The notes beneath the pieces are model-generated. The model was not told where the DNA came from and searched no databases. It saw only the letters and a list, made by a program, of their open reading frames with translations. This document shows positions 63,101 to 64,000 of a stretch of 64,000 nt of DNA, one piece after another. The stretch's first letter is position 1; every line of letters begins with the position of its first letter. The position numbers were made by a program, and so were the translations under genes. This DNA comes from Eledone cirrhosa (Eukaryota), in NCBI GenBank assembly GCA_964016885.1, contig OZ024740.1:431148001-431212000 (forward strand). Direction: 5' to 3'.

Positions 63101-64000
63101 GAGTCCTCTCTACCTTACATGTCTCCAATTGTCAATCTTTAGAGAGGTTGTTATTCCCTTAACAGGATTAAAGAGTGCTCTCTACCTTACATGTCTCCAA
63201 TTGTCAATCTTTAGAGAGGTTGTTATTCCCTTAACAGGAGTAAAGAGTCCTCTCTACCTTACATATCTCCAATTGTCAATCTTTAGAGAGGTTGTTATTC
63301 CCTTAACAGGAGTAAAGAGTCCTCTCTACCTTACATGTCTCCAATTGTCAATCTTTACAGAGATGTTGTTATTCCCTTAACAGGAGTAAAGAGTCCACTC
63401 TACTTTACATGTCTCCAATTGTCAATCTTTAGAGAAGTTGTTATTCCCTTAACAGGAGTAAAGAGTCCTCTCTACCTTACATGTCTCCAATTGTCAATCT
63501 TTACAGAGAGGTTGTTATTCCCTTAACAGGAGTAAAGAGTCCTCTCTACCTTACATGTCTCCAATTGTCAATCTTTAGAGAGGTTGTTATTCCCTTAACA
63601 GGAGTAAAGAGGCCTCTCTACCTTACATGTCTCCAATTGTCAATCTTTAGAGAGGTTGTTATTCCCTTAACAGGAGTAAAGAGTCCTCTCTACCTTACAT
63701 GTCTCTCATTGTGAATCTTTAGAGAGGTTGTTATTCCCTTAACAGGAGTAAAGAGTCCTCTCTACCTTACATGTCTCCAATTGTCAATCTTTAGAGAGGT
63801 TGTTATTCCCTTAACAGGAGTAAAGAGTGCTCTCTACCTTACATGTCTCCAATTGTCAATCTTTAGAGAGGTTGTTATTCCCTTAACAGGAGTAAAGAGT
63901 CCTCTCTACTTTACACGTCTCCAATTGTCAATCTTTAGAGAGGTTGTTATTCACTTAACATGAGTAAAGAGTCCTCTCTACCTTACATGTCTCCAATTGT
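54196..64000. repeat. Satellite array, 72-bp unit (AGAGAGGTTGTTATTCCCTTAACAGGAGTAAAGAGTCCTCTCTACCTTACATGTCTCCAATTGTCAATCTTT); runs off the right edge
   Basis: About 136 highly similar units with 70/73/74-bp indel variants. Confidence 0.98.

Noticed and set aside
54246-63963. Many ORFs of repeating REVVIPLTGVKSPLYLTCLQLSIF
   Set aside because: The 72-bp unit happens to be stop-free in one frame. Frequent 1-2 bp indels break the frame, so there is no sign of coding constraint.

Overview
AT-rich, repeat-dense animal genomic DNA, not prokaryotic. The repeat content (RTE LINEs with (GAT)n tails, tRNA-derived SINEs, many (TA)n tracts) suggests an octopod/cephalopod mollusc, which is an inference. 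The window holds one host gene on the minus strand, a UBE2V/UEV1/MMS2-family ubiquitin-conjugating enzyme variant of about 150 aa. Three of its coding exons are firm (37604-37740, 17767-17892, 13487-13633) and a first coding exon is probable (49316-49358). The gene lies between two large satellite arrays: a 58-bp unit at 1-8346 and a 72-bp unit at about 54196-64000. Its introns contain one intact 1040-aa RTE-clade retrotransposon (APE + RT + PHD-like finger), many decayed RTE, CRE and CR1-like fragments, SINEs, TTAA-flanked MITEs, a probable solo LTR and several minisatellites. The most striking hidden signal is a cluster of type I hammerhead ribozyme motifs in intron 2: four different sequence families at about 27.3, 33.1, 35.4 and 37.0/37.2 kb. 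One of these is mirrored on both strands in a 285-bp-arm palindrome next to an exon. All folds were read by eye, and none was tested computationally or experimentally.
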